64,000 nucleotides of DNA from Phallusia mammillata. Taxonomy: Eukaryota. Under the pieces are notes generated by a model. That model searched no databases and was not told the origin of the DNA. It saw only the letters and a program-made list of their open reading frames with translations. Where the stretch lies: positions 20,708,001 to 20,772,000 of the forward strand of contig OZ281495.1 of NCBI GenBank assembly GCA_965637545.1, read 5' to 3'. The translations under genes and the position numbers were made by a program. Shown in pieces: positions 1-12,142 of this stretch (the first letter of the stretch is position 1; each line of letters begins with the position of its first letter).

Positions 1-33
1 TTTGTTTAAATATGAAAGCTCATTTTTGCAAAG

Positions 34-303
34 CACCTGTCCAGTCTGCAGAGTGTGGCAGCTGCCCGAGCGATTTTTTTTTGAAAAAAAATTTTTGCAC
101 GCCAAGATTTGGGTTTGCACGTGAAAATTTTGCACAAAGGGCATTTAATTGGGCTGTTTTGACCTCTTTTACTTGCTTTACGCCTGCTGAAGTTGGTCTT
201 GCACGCGAACTTACGGGTCGTGCACGCGCGCACGCGGGACATGTAGGTCCTGCATGCATGAGATCTCGTCGGGAACTGCCATGTTCTGCAGACTGGGCAC
301 CTG
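34..303. repeat. Imperfect inverted-repeat element (MITE-like remnant)
   Basis: 34-73 (cacctgtccagtctgcagagtgtggcagctgcccgagcga) is an imperfect reverse complement of 266-303, with a 12-bp perfect core ccagtctgcaga. The interior is rich in gcacgc motifs. No TSD identified. Confidence 0.4.
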
Positions 304-1375
304 TATCAGCTCAAAAGTTTTGTATGCTAATATTTTTTCAAATAAATTTTATATTCATAAACCCAACTTCCAAGCCATGAGCAATGTTTTATTCCAGTAT
401 ATGAGCAAAATCTATTGTTTGAGTACACATGTAAATTAAAACAAAAAACATCAATTTGTCTACACTGTACTGCACTATACAATGCATCAATCAACTGTGG
501 TTACTTACACTTGTATATTCTTTTGTATTCATGATGTATAAATTTCAAAAGTAACCAATTTTTTTTCACCAGGCACAGAACATCATCAAGCACATTATGC
601 TAATTATCGTTGTATCAGCTTATCAAAACAGCTGTGGAAATAAGCGATAAACGAAAAACAGCTTTCCTAACCACAAGCATCACAAACGCTTGAGGCGATA
701 AACAAGACGAAAAAGTAGGCCTTATATTAATCCGAATTTTCGCACAACAAGTCTCGCCAACCATGAAACATGTCGTAATATTGTAGTACAAATTATACAA
801 ACAACTGTTTATGCAAATAACTCTTATCATGGTTTCAGTTTTAGTGTAAAAAATATTCCATCTGCTTTTTTTCACACGAAATTGTTTTGTCAGCAGACTT
901 TCATTTGTTTGCTTTGTTGGCTGAGCCGGTGAAAACCCTTTTCTGAAAGTACATTTTTTTGTCACGGAAAAAACACTTCTACGATGATGATTGGAAATCG
1001 AAATAAATTTCTTTCCTGGAATAATTTGGTACTAAACAATAAATATTGTAAACACAATGCAAATTGCAAGACCCGCACCAGAAATATGAAAAAAGATACA
1101 GTCGCACAAGTGTCACAAATCTGAGCTTCGTTTGCGAAACAACTACTAGCCTACTGGTTTTCAGACTCTTCATAATTTATGCACTAAAATGTGGGGAACA
1201 ATCTAAAACTACCAGCCCTTTAAGCCTACATTTAGCTAACCTAGGCCGAGTATCAATACCAGATTGTAGAGGCAATTTAATTAAGCTACCTTACCCCAAC
1301 CACAATAAACCAAAAAACACTTTTAACGGACTAAGTTGACACAGCGGGCTGGGTAGGACTGATCGCGCTAAATCT

Positions 1376-1520
1376 CAATGATGGGGAGATTCGAGTCACC
1401 TTTTTTCCAGGACTTGACTCGAGTCTCAGCTTTGAAAAGACTTGACTTAATTCGAGTCTCAGCTGTTAAAAGACTTGACTTGGACTCGTAACACCATGAG
1501 AGTTGACCTTACTCGGACTC
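1376..1520 (+). mobile_element. Degenerate hAT-like MITE end with subterminal gacttgact repeats
   Basis: Starts caatgatggggagattcgagtc, followed by several gacttgact/cgagtctcagct repeats. No partner TIR found. Confidence 0.35.
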
Positions 1521-2078
1521 GGTAGGCCTATAGGCCTAATTTCTCGACAGATAACCTGTTCAGTTGGCTTTAAACAACTAAACAACAGCAGTTTACTGTG
1601 CTATGCGTAGTTATTTTTGCCTAATTTTCAGGTAACGAAGTCGCTGCAGCGCTGATAGAATGCTATCATGGAAAAAAAGCATTTTTTCGCTGGCATTAAG
1701 CGTTGCAGTTGCTGCATGCAGCAAAAACAGGATTTTTAGGTTTTCTAAAACTCCAAAGTATAGACGTTCTTGTCCACGCTGTTAAATGAGTATTAATTAA
1801 CGTACATTGTCACTATTACTTAAGTTAACTTTTATGTTTTAGGGTAAAAAATGTCGCGATGAACCGTTCCTAACCTTTAAGAACTTTCTTTCAAGAACTT
1901 TTTAGGAATTGAGGGTTTAATCTATTTTTATGTAACCTCTGTAGGCTACCTACTGTCATTATTAAAACAATAACCTACTAATATTAATGCCCACATTTCT
2001 TTTTTTGTAAACAGTTTTTTTTTTTTGTCACTGGAGGGCGGGAATGATGGAAATTGTTTTGCCTGGCAATAAAACCTA

Positions 2079-2283
2079 GGGCAGGAACTTGGCCGAATGG
2101 TCTGGCGCCTGGCCCATATACAGACATAAAAAACCTTGATCGGGATTCGTCCCCGGGAGTGTCCTGGGTTCAAACCCCGTGAAAAAAAACTCGCATTCAT
2201 GGGCAGCAGGAGCTTGACCGAAATGTCCGGGTCACCCTTCCACATACAGACATAAAACCTTAAATCGGGATTCAAGTGTCGCA
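2079..2283 (+). mobile_element. tRNA-derived SINE-like sequence, partial dimer
   Basis: A-box-like TGGCCGAATGG at 2090-2100, B-box-like GGTTCAAACC at about 2167-2176, then an A-run. A second diverged copy (gcaggagcttgaccgaa...catacagacataaaacctt...atcgggattc) lies at about 2206-2273. Confidence 0.45.
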
Positions 2284-2705
2284 AGTCTCATTGATCGCAT
2301 CATGTTTGCATGGGCCTTTATATGTAGATAGTCTACGATACCAATAGGTAGGATCGAATGAAGGGGCATTTTTGTACAATGGCGGTTTTGTGGGATAAAC
2401 AGTAGCCTATGCTTTTAGATTTTGTGGGTCAATTTTATTTTTTTAATGAGTTTTTTTATTTTTTATTTTGTTTTCATACTACCGTAGAATTGTTGTCTTA
2501 TAACGTCATTCAAAAATTTGTTGTTTGGTAGTTTTGCGCCACGTCACTTTATTTCTGGAATTGTGACGTTTTGCTTCAAACCGGGACTTATTTTGCAATT
2601 TACTTGTTTCGATTGAAAATAGACACATTGTGTAAAATCACAAAAAAAATAATAATTTAAAATATAACACATTTCCATTGAACTGGCTTCAAAGAAAGTT
2701 TTGAA

Positions 2706-5700
2706 TCAAGGCCTTTTTTCCGCAAACAAAGCAGCAACATCGAACTGAAAGAAAGCTCTAAAAATGCAGTAAAATGTCAGATAATCCATTTAACTAGTCG
2801 ATAAAATTTTTCTACCTGTCGTAGGCTGCAACTGGTCCAGTTTGCACGTCCGCTTTTGAAAAGGAATTGTACATCATCTCATGTTCGAAATCATAAATAG
2901 CAATATGGGTTGATCCGCTTTGCACAATTGACACAACATCCATGATTGTCAGTTCCGGGGTCAGTTTTCCGTGATATTTCGTCAACTGATTAGCTAGCAC
3001 TTGGGCATAACCAGGACAGAGCCAGTCCATACCTTAAAGCATTGCAATGTTAAGATGACTAAACAGATATTTTCGCTTTTAGTCTTTTGACATTGTGTTA
3101 ATACCGTAATAAACCACATCTGTTATTTTCGGGTGCCAAGGTGCCACAGGACGCATGTTTTGATCATCAAAGAAATTAGCAACTGAAGCGGAATACTGAA
3201 CGCCTCTGAAGCCACGTTTTTCCTATGAATGTGAATAAACTAAATGTAGCATGAAATAACAAAGCGAACAACGTACCTTTCCATCCCCAACCCCCAAAAT
3301 CAAGTCACAGGTGCGGTGGGCGTTTGCGATTCGGTTAATAGCGTCGTCAAGTGTGTAGTCAAACTGAAGTATATCCCGAAGAATATACTAAAAATAATAG
3401 AATTAATGATATGTTTGCTTTGGGTAAGGTGATAGATGAGTTGTAATTACCGTGAATGGAATTCCAAACCTCGATTCTTTACCAAAGCTGTCGTCTGGAT
3501 ACGACGCCCCTATTTCGGATATTGCAATCTTTGCTTCAGAAATTCCTGTTATGGAGCCAATCCAACCTGAACAGTGTGAATAGGATCGAAAATTTGCTTG
3601 AAATAAGCAAGGCACAGAATTTCGGCTTTAATTGCTAACCTGTCCATCCAACGTTTACAAAAGTTTTTGCAGATAGACCATTAATTCCAGTTTGATTTCC
3701 GTTTGGGTGATAGATGGTTAATTGTGGGAAATTCTTAAAAGGGCCTGAAAGAACGACAGGGTAATAATTTATTTACTTCACGAGGTTCGATCCCAGGATT
3801 ATGGTTTCAGTACTCTCAAGGAAGCATTGCAGTACGCTAGGGCATCCAATACATTCTTAAAACTACACATATTGAAGATGTTATTCGGAAATGTTTAAAT
3901 TACTGTGAAGTCTTGATGCCTCTGCCCAGCGGCAGGTAAAAAGTTAATGACACGTTTTACTCACCATCCATGTTCCAGTCGAGTGATCGTAGTTGCAAAA
4001 GGCCGTTTCCACTCGGCACCGCACTGTCCCACGCCCCAAACATAGAACAACTTCCCTTAGTTAATTCTCCAAGCATATGAATTCGCTGGATTTTCTACAT
4101 ATAGCAACTATGTGAGATTTTCGTTTGCTTTGGGCCGTACCTACACAGCAAGCTGATCGCTAACATACAGAAAAGTGCGTTATGTAGTACTGAATCACAA
4201 ACAACGTTAAAAGCAATGTAGCAAGATAAGTCTGACCTAGCAACAGCTTTTAGCTTTATCAGCTATTCAGTAAACCAGTGGTTGGCAACCGCCGGTCCGC
4301 GGCCCGGTACCGGTCCGCGACGAGTTGGTTACCGGGCCGTATAATTTTTCAGGTTAAATGCTATAAAACATTTTGCCCATGTATCCCGGGATGATAAACT
4401 AATTTAAGTGTTATTATTGCCAAATATTTGTAGTGTTTTAAAGACCGGTCCGCGATTAAATTTCACTTCATAAAGCGGTCCGCAGTGCAAAAAAGGTTGC
4501 CGACCCCTGCAGTAAACAATAAAAAGGTTATGATCAGTTACTTTAACATCTAGTCCACTGGCATCAGAAATTCCTTTCAGTTCTTCTAAAAAGTAGTTGC
4601 CGCTGTATTTGGAAGTCACCAAAATTTCCAGATCACAAGCTGCTTCGATTCTTAAACATTGGAAAACAATGAATTTGAAATTTTACATAGTGCTGACATC
4701 AATATTGCGCATCAATAATGATTGTTTTATTGTTTTGTTTTTTTCGGGGTTATACAGCTCAATAAAAAAGAGGTGTAATTTATCTCCATGTGACAATGAG
4801 TTTTAATAATATGCTCAAATGCTCTCACAGCCTTGTTTGCTTCGTTTGGGTAAGTGATTTCCAAACTGCGGTACAACTCGCACAAGTACTGCAAACGGTA
4901 CGTAAAAGCGTTGTTTGTGACTTTTCTTTTACACTGGAAAGTGTATTTGTAGTTATTTAGAAACTCTTATCGTTTTGGGTGTGGAAGGATTTTACACTAA
5001 TAGCGTAGCCTTTTGTTTTAAATTAATTTTTGTCAGTCTTTTTTGCTTGAAAAAAGGTGGATTTACAGTAAAGTATAATGACCATCAAATGACTCGCGAC
5101 CGAAACCCCTGTCTTGCGAGAACGCTCCGCAATTTTACGACAAATTTGTCTTAAGTTATATGTGCTATGACAAAAGTTATTTACCCTAAGTTTGCGACAT
5201 CTTCCAAAAACCAATCATGGAACTTGTGCTTCACCGAACCATTAATGGCTTCTATCTGAAAAATCAAAACATGAAAGCAATTTTAATATTTTTTATGTAA
5301 CTTATATAAAAGCAAAAAAAAAACATTCGGCGGGCCTTCGCAAAATGCTGTGGGCTGCACACGGATGTTTAGGCTACAGCACTATTTGCCCATTCTGAAA
5401 ACAAAACAATTATACCAACCACTTGCTCCTCGAGATAATCCCATACTTGATTCATAAAGTCAACTACTTGTTTCTTAAGCAAAGTACCGTGAGCAAATCC
5501 CATCTCGTAAGGGGTACCTGTGATAAATTGAGACGTATGGTAATTTTTCTGTAACTATATATGACAGAAATCTATAAAATTAAAATTACCCACCCCACAC
5601 ATGCAAAATGTGCAAAGCTGGGTTGTCGGCGCCAACTGTGTACAATTTTCCATTTTTTTCTGTTGATACCAGTTTCATTTGCGGTTTGATGATCGGATTT

Positions 5701-6022
5701 ACATTAGGCATCGCATTTGGGTCCGGCTAAACAAAGTTTATGTTAGTATTACAAAGAATTTTGCAAATGTTTTTTACTATAAGCTATGCATGGGTTAGTT
5801 GTATTGTATTATTTAAAAAAAATGATTTCAAAACGCAGTTTTCCATGAAAAATTAATATTTTCGACAAAAATGTATTGCAAAGCTTTTTGGTAAAGTTTA
5901 GCAAAATGTTGGACTACATGCATATATTTACGTCTGTTCTTTACCTTTCCGTGGCATTCTGCTTGAAACGAAAGTTTTACATTCGTGCCTGCAACAATTA
6001 GCAGAAAAAGTACAACTTTCAT
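2706..6022 (-). CDS. Secreted Ntn-hydrolase, Dictyostelium dcd1/acid-ceramidase-like, 12 exons, 445 aa
   Basis: Exons, all GT-AG and phase-consistent: 6022-5945, 5726-5594, 5517-5420, 5255-5185, 4650-4542, 4094-3965, 3744-3640, 3566-3451, 3387-3277, 3222-3105, 3032-2816, 2757-2706 (1338 nt). N-terminal signal peptide MKVVLFLLIVAG. Motifs include WGTPYEMGFAHG, GELTKGSCSMFGAW (candidate nucleophile Cys), LQLRSLDWNMDG, ILRDILQFDYTLDDAINRIANAHRTCDLILGVGDGK and GMDWLCPGY. Confidence 0.9.
4276..4509 (+). mobile_element. hAT (Buster/Charlie-type) MITE, family A, in intron 5 of the dcd1-like gene
   Basis: TIRs cagtggttggcaacc / ggttgccgacccctg with 8-bp TSD cagtaaac at 4268-4275 and 4510-4517. Homologous copies at 24485 and 57981. 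Confidence 0.9.
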
Positions 6023-7435
6023 TTTGAAGTCTGACAAAGAGTCTTTTCCGAAAAACCTTTTGATATGCTTGTCCGCGAAAACTTGGTTTCTGACTCAACT
6101 AACTAACTGCGTTTTGACGGGAGTGGAAATGTACAATGCATATATCACATGATGCTGCAATGCTTGGTCACACAAAAAATTAATCAACAACTAAGTTATT
6201 GACTGAATTGCAATGTTTGTTTGCACTGGTGGGTCAACACCACCTTCCTTACTGCAATGCGCAAGCATATTACCTAAAGTAAACAACAACCTGATGAAGA
6301 AATAAACCAAATCTACGTTGAGGCGTTAATTCTAAACTTAAAGTTACACCCATAGGCGCCGAGTTTTACAAAAATGCAAGGTGGCGGACGTAAAATATGA
6401 CGTCACCTATGCTTGCAGCAAGAACTCTAACTCAAAGCCCAACAAACTTCCCATAAAATGCAACATTCGTCAAAATCATAAGAAAAACGATATGTTTGAA
6501 ATAATATTTAGTTGGCAATTGCAACACGCTGCTGTAACGTTTATCATTGGTTTAGTAACGTTAAACATGTTTCGTCAAATTGTTGCTGCTTTATATCACC
6601 TTATAGATAACCATTTATTACAACACATTTACATTGTACACAACAATGGCCCAACATTTACTGGCAGACAATTGTGTTTTTTACATCATAAACAAGGCAC
6701 TAACCAAAACAAGTTGCAGTTTAGAGCCACGATACGTAACTGAATCGCCAGCACGCTTGTTAAAAGGCAAAATGTTCCTATCTTTTTTCAGATTTTACAT
6801 ATTTCATTCAATACCGCTATAAACTAACCAAAATTTCCACGGTGGCCGCCACCGTGCTTTACAAACCTACTCGGCGCCCATGGTTACACCTTGTGTCAAA
6901 GCTTGGCCAAGGTACGCTTTGTTCAGATTTTTAACTTAAAAATGTTTGTGGCTAAGTTCTGCAGCTAATTTCGTGTAATTTTTACCCATGGTAGGATAAC
7001 TATAGAAGTGAGTCGTTTCATTACGTTAATTCATGACTTTCGGTTTTAACAACTGCCAAATCTCCGGTTTACGTGGTTTCTGATCGGTTCTGAATGTATA
7101 TCCAAACTTACTTTGAACAACAATTATTATTATTATTATTATAGTTTCCCGCGCTCTTGGGCGCATTGGGCAGCAAGATTGTTCCACTTTTTTCTGTCTT
7201 TTGCAATTTCCTCTATCTCCTCCATGTATAGTTTTCCCTCTCATTTCCAGGTCTTTGCGGAAAGTCTCCCTCCAGGTAAGCTTTGGCCTACCTCTTTTTC
7301 TTTTCCCTTGCGGTGTCCAGCTCATAGCAATTTTTGGAGCCCGTTCGTCTGACATGCGTAACACATGTCCCGCAAAATCTCCGCGTCGACATGATGGTAC
7401 ATAAAGGCTTGGTACCACTAATATGGTACACCTCA

Positions 7436-8770
7436 TCATTTGTAATGTGGTCCATTGTATGTTATATTTAGGATCCTTCGAAGACAACGCTGATGGAAAG
7501 CGTTTATGTGCTTTTTCAGCTTGACTGTCATTTTCCAGGTTTCACTGGCATATAGAACGGTGGGCATTACAATTGACTGGTACAGTTTGATCTTTACCAG
7601 TTTCGAAACCTTCGAGCTTGACCAAACTGTTTTGAGCCTTCTGAAGGCCGAAGCAGCTTTTCCGATGCGGGCATTTATGTCGGCCTCCACATCAGCATCT
7701 GTTGTGAACACACTGCCAAGATAGGTAAAGCTTGTGATGTTGTTAATAGGCTCAATTCCATTGATGGTTAAATGTACGTTGGACTGAGTTTCCCCTCCAA
7801 CTCGAAGTAACTTTGTCTTGTCGCTGTTGATCGTCAGACCAGCTGTTGCTGCATTTTTGGCCAATGAGTTGGTCATTTCTTGAAGATCTGTCATCGACTC
7901 TGCGAGCAAGGCGATGTCATCTGCAAAGTCGAGATCCGTAAGACGCTTGTGGTTTGTCCATGAGATGCCGAACTTTGGATAATTCATTGCCTTACTCATC
8001 ACATAGTCGATAGTGGTAATGAACAGTAGGGGTGATAAGACACAGCCTTGGCGCACACCTGTGTTGATTCTGAAGAACTCTGTGTTTCCTGACTGAACTT
8101 TTACGCAGCAGCTTGATCCTTCGTAGATGTTTTTGAAGGTATCTATAAACCTGAGTGGAACACCATATTTTTGTAGCACCTGCCATACAGTGTTGCGGTG
8201 CACACTATCAAATGCCTTCCTGAAGTCAACGAAGTTGACAAACAGGGGTTTCTGAAATGCAAGGCACTGCTCCACAATGTTTCTGAGAACAAAGATCTGG
8301 TCACAGCACGACCTGTTGTATCGAAAGCCTGCCTCTTCTTCTCTCAACTTCTCATCTAAGGATGTCTTTAATCTGTGCAGAAGCACGCAGCAGAACACTT
8401 TCCCTGGAACAGAAAGCAGGGTGATTCCTCGCCAATTACCACAAATGCCTAGGTTTCCCTTTTTTGGAAGTTTCACAATTACTCCTTTTTTCCAATCAGA
8501 TGGTACAGTCTGCATTTTCCAACATAAGTTGCATAGCTTTGTCAACTGTGCAAGCAGTGCATTCCCTCCATTTTTTAGCATCTCAGCAGAAATTTGGTCG
8601 AGACCTGCAGCTTTGTTGTTTTTGAGTTTTTTCAGTGCACTTGAAATTTCTTCTGTTGTGATGTCACCCATATCTACTTCCATCGTTGGTCCATCTTCAT
8701 CTTCAAAAGTAGGCAGTTGGTAAGGTTTTGGTTGGTTCAGAATTTCCTTAAAGTGTTCGTACCATCGCAT
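7436..8770 (-). pseudogene. Reverse transcriptase domain of the RTE element
   Basis: Motifs KAAGLDQISAEMLK, NWRGITLLS, FVDFRKAFDS, GVRQGCVLSPLLF, DLDFADD, FTYLGS. Frameshifts at both ends (about 8845 and about 7445); the C-terminus continues in another frame (FAGHVLRM...GKRKRGRPKLTW). Confidence 0.95.
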
Positions 8771-8787
8771 GTTTTGTTCTTCCTCGG

Positions 8788-9600
8788 TTAGAAGAGTTTT
8801 TCCAGTTTTGTCCTTAATTGGTACACCGGAGCTTTTTCCTGCCTTTGCCTAATTATTCCAAATAGCGCTCTAGTGTCATTTCTGTTCATTGCTTTCTGGG
8901 CGTCCGCACATAGCGTTTCAGTCCAAAACTTTTTGTCGTCTCTACAACTCTTTTTAACAACTTTGTGTGCTTGTTCGTACTGTTTTTCTATCTTCCAGTA
9001 TTCATCAGAAGATTTGGCGCTTTCTCTTTGATGTTTAATCTTTCTTCTCTGATCAATCAGGGCCCAAGTTTGTGGTCGAATCCAGCTTTCTCTTCTCGTC
9101 CCGCGCCTTCTTCCGAGGGTTTGATCTGCAGCTGTTGTCACTATTTCTCGAAATTGTTTCCATTGCTCTTCAATATCATCTTTTACTTGTACAGCCTGGA
9201 ATCTTGTGCTCAGATCTTTGTGAAACATTTTTACTATTTTTTGATCTTTTAGTTTAATAAGGTCGTATGGTTTTGTTCCACTGTGTTTGATAATTTTTTT
9301 CAGTTTTAGTTTCAGTGACCTTTTGACGAGGTAGTGATCGGAGGCTACGTCTGCACCTCTGCAGCAACGTACATCCTGCAGTGCGCTTCGCCATCTTCTG
9401 CATATGCAAATATAGTCAATTTCACTTGTTGTTTTGCCGTTTGGGGATTTCCAGGTTTGCTTGTGTATGCGTTTGTGATTAAAAAAAGTGTTCCTTATAC
9501 ATAACTCGTTTGTACTGCAGATGGTAAGAAGTCTGTGCCCGTTATTGTTAGTTTTGCTTGCTACACCGAATGGTCCTAAGATGTCACTCCAACCAGTTCT
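8788..9600 (-). pseudogene. C-terminal part of AP endonuclease and linker of the RTE element
   Basis: NNNGHRLL...NTFF...TWKSP...EIDYI...SDHYLV is present. The N-terminal APE motifs and a start codon are absent, and the 5' UTR joins directly to TGWSDILGPFG. Confidence 0.85.
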
Positions 9601-9654
9601 TCTTGCTGTTTCTGTAGCGGTAACTTGTTTTACGGGGTCGGGTTGCTGGCCCGA

Positions 9655-9708
9655 CGCCCAACCCTCCTTCTTTTTCAGCCGGGCTTGAGACCGTCCTTGG
9701 CGAAGTTT
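9655..9708 (-). ncRNA. Twister ribozyme core at the 5' end of the RTE element
   Basis: Minus strand reads AA-CUUC-GCCAAG-GACGG-UCUCAAGC-CCGG-CUGAAAAA-GAAG-GAGGG-UUGGG. This aligns element by element to the canonical twister (as recalled) UAA-CACU-GCCAAU-GCCGG-UCCCAAGC-CCGG-AUAAA-AGUG-GAGGG, with compensatory P2 pairing CUUC/GAAG. The element 5' boundary coincides with the predicted cleavage site. Confidence 0.8.
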
Positions 9709-10637
9709 GAACAACAATCCCACGCTTTATTCACGTAAGTTAGTAGGAGTAACGGATGGCTCAACATACAATGCGCGATTAGAACAAACTTTACTGGGAG
9801 AGAAGAATGAGTTCTATAGTTTTGAAAAAAGGCTCTAAGTCTAGTGTGACATGATTTCATATCACCTAAGTGTTTGCTGATCAACAGCCCAATTGAGTTT
9901 AGCAGTGGTTTAAGTGACCACTCAGTGTAAAACACGCGACAAAGCAATAGAGACACAACTATTGCTTAATAGGTCGCGCATGCAAGTAACAGCAGTTCAT
10001 ACAACCAATTGATACAAACGCATTGGAGTGGTTGGAAGACCAGTTTACTAATATGTTTGGTGAACTGCTGGCACAAACGAATACGTTGTTTAGTCGGATA
10101 GACGGACAGTCAATTCGGCTTATCCACTTTCAGAAAACTGTATCCGGGACCCTCAATGAATCGCTTCCTTTGCGGAGTAGATTGGATCCAGCTACGTTTA
10201 ATTTACTGTGTATGAAGAGACGTGGCCGTTGGTGTGGGCAGTATAACGCTAGTGTTTGAATAGGTACAGCTGCAGGCTGTGAAACTTGATAGTGATTGAT
10301 GGTCATTAGTCTTACAGAAGGAAATAGAACCAACTTATTTTGAAATATTTTTTTTTAGTTCAGAGGATTTGTATGTTCTTTAATTCATTATTGGTGTATA
10401 TATGTTAAAGACCAACGCTTAAAAGTTCAGCTATGTTGAAAACAGCAGAATCTGCCATTGAAAACCAGCCACCATTGTTAAAAAAGGCTTCAGCCACGAA
10501 ATGTCACTAAACAATTGTATGCATGTATGCATTTCTGTAGAATATATGCACTTCATTTCTATGGATTCGATACAATCTTAAAATCTGGGTGTATATTAGT
10601 CTGCTGAGTATTGATCAGAGTTTAACCCGATTGATAT

Positions 10638-11574
10638 GCAGCGAATGCAAAGCTGACTCCGGTTAATAACTGAGCATAGCACAGACTTAGGTATCTACTT
10701 CACGAGTTTTATTACAAGCAACATAACAAACAGACGAACACAGATAACTTACTATGTTGTCAAGGACCTTAAACAGACGAACACAGATAACTTACTACGT
10801 TGTCAAGGACCTTGTATCGTTCTGCGGGTTTTGTAGAAATGATAAGATACATGGTTGCCTTGTTTAAAATACAGCGCCCGCAAGCTGTATACCTCAGTGA
10901 GTCGAGGATTTCTACGTTAAATCAGACTCGTAGATCATTCTACAATCGTATCAAACGTACCCTTTACATATTTCTTAGTAAAAGTTATAGTTAATGACAC
11001 GGTACAGTAGTTTTTCACCAGTAGATTAGCAAGTGCAAGGCAAGTGGCGTGAAATATATGCTGTTACATAACCCCATAGGTAAGTGATCCGGCGTTAAAC
11101 TTCAATGTAAAAACATAACGTATCGTTAGGCGTGGCTTAGTAACATAAAATGTACACAACAAAGTAAAACTTATGAATTAAACTTACCGAATTAGCCTTT
11201 GAATTTTGTACTTTTCTTTGGCCTTCAATCTTGAATAGAATAAGATGCAGCCTTGTTGGCTAAAACTCCTGAAAAACTTACTTGACATGAGTAATAGAGT
11301 TAGAACTATGCTTAGTTGATACGCTATTGTTAGAACTGTTTCTAAGTTCGCAGTTATTTTCTCAGAAGGTTACTTTTGAAAAATACTATGCGCAGTTATT
11401 TTTTCAGAAGGTTAAAAGTTGCGTGTTCGTTATCATCACCAAAAGGGTCACCACTTTTGCAGCGAATGCAAAGCTGACTCCGGTTAATAACTGAGCATAG
11501 CACAGACTTAGGTATCTACTTCACGAGTTTTATTACAAGCAACATAACAAACAGACGAACACAGATAACTTACT
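10638..11574 (+). repeat. 116-bp direct repeat pair (10638-10753 and 11459-11574)
   Basis: gcagcgaatgcaaagctgactccgg...cagataacttact occurs twice, 821 bp apart. A ~41-bp tandem duplication follows the first copy. Confidence 0.85.
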
Positions 11575-12142
11575 TATACGATTTCAGCGGACATCAAGTT
11601 CACGATCGACGCATACGTTGGCGAATAAAGACAGAATATAGTATTCGCACTTTGACCAGAATTTTAACGGTTAGAACTAGAATTTAGAACTAGCATGAAT
11701 TTCAGAGTTTGTGGCGTGGTATTTATAGGGCCAGCGCTTGAGTAAACAACGGTTAAAGAAACTCAGGGGAAAACAAATTTGACCCAAGGGAGTTAAACAA
11801 TGAACTCGATGAACCAAAGTCATTGCGCTTGATTAACTTGGGTTAATGAAACTAGACATGCGGGAATTTGAAAACAATCTACTTTATGAACCAAAGTCAT
11901 TGCGCTTGATTAGCTTAGGGTTAAAGGGTTCGACAAAATTACAAAAAAGCGATCACGAGAAATAAACTTGTTGTGGATGATTAATTCCGGGAGACTGAAC
12001 ACGTGATTGATGCAGATAAGATTTAGCCACTTAAACTCCATCACCTTAAAATTGCCCGTAAAATGAGAAAAGCTATTTTAACCAAGATTTATTTTTGCTT
12101 TTAGAATTAACTGTTAAGCAAGCGAGTATCGTTCGCTTTCAG

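Larger units (their letters stand above)
7125..9705 (-). mobile_element. RTE-clade non-LTR retrotransposon with both ends present, internally deleted and frameshifted
   Basis: 13-bp TSD tttgaacaacaat at 7112-7124 and 9706-9718. (TAA)n tail at 7125-7142. RTE-type 5' UTR. Carries the C-terminal part of the APE endonuclease and an RT ORF. Confidence 0.95.

Noticed and set aside
2079-2180. Functional tRNA gene
   Set aside because: No convincing acceptor or anticodon stems were found, and an A-tail plus a second monomer point to a SINE-like derivative.
6381-6822. ORFs of 120 aa and 62 aa upstream of the dcd1-like gene
   Set aside because: No domain similarity or splice support. This is probably promoter or intergenic DNA (it contains a TGACGTCA CRE-like site at about 6399).
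9600-9705. HDV-like ribozyme at the RTE 5' end
   Set aside because: The nested double pseudoknot with an L3 CC pairing could not be built. The sequence fits twister instead.
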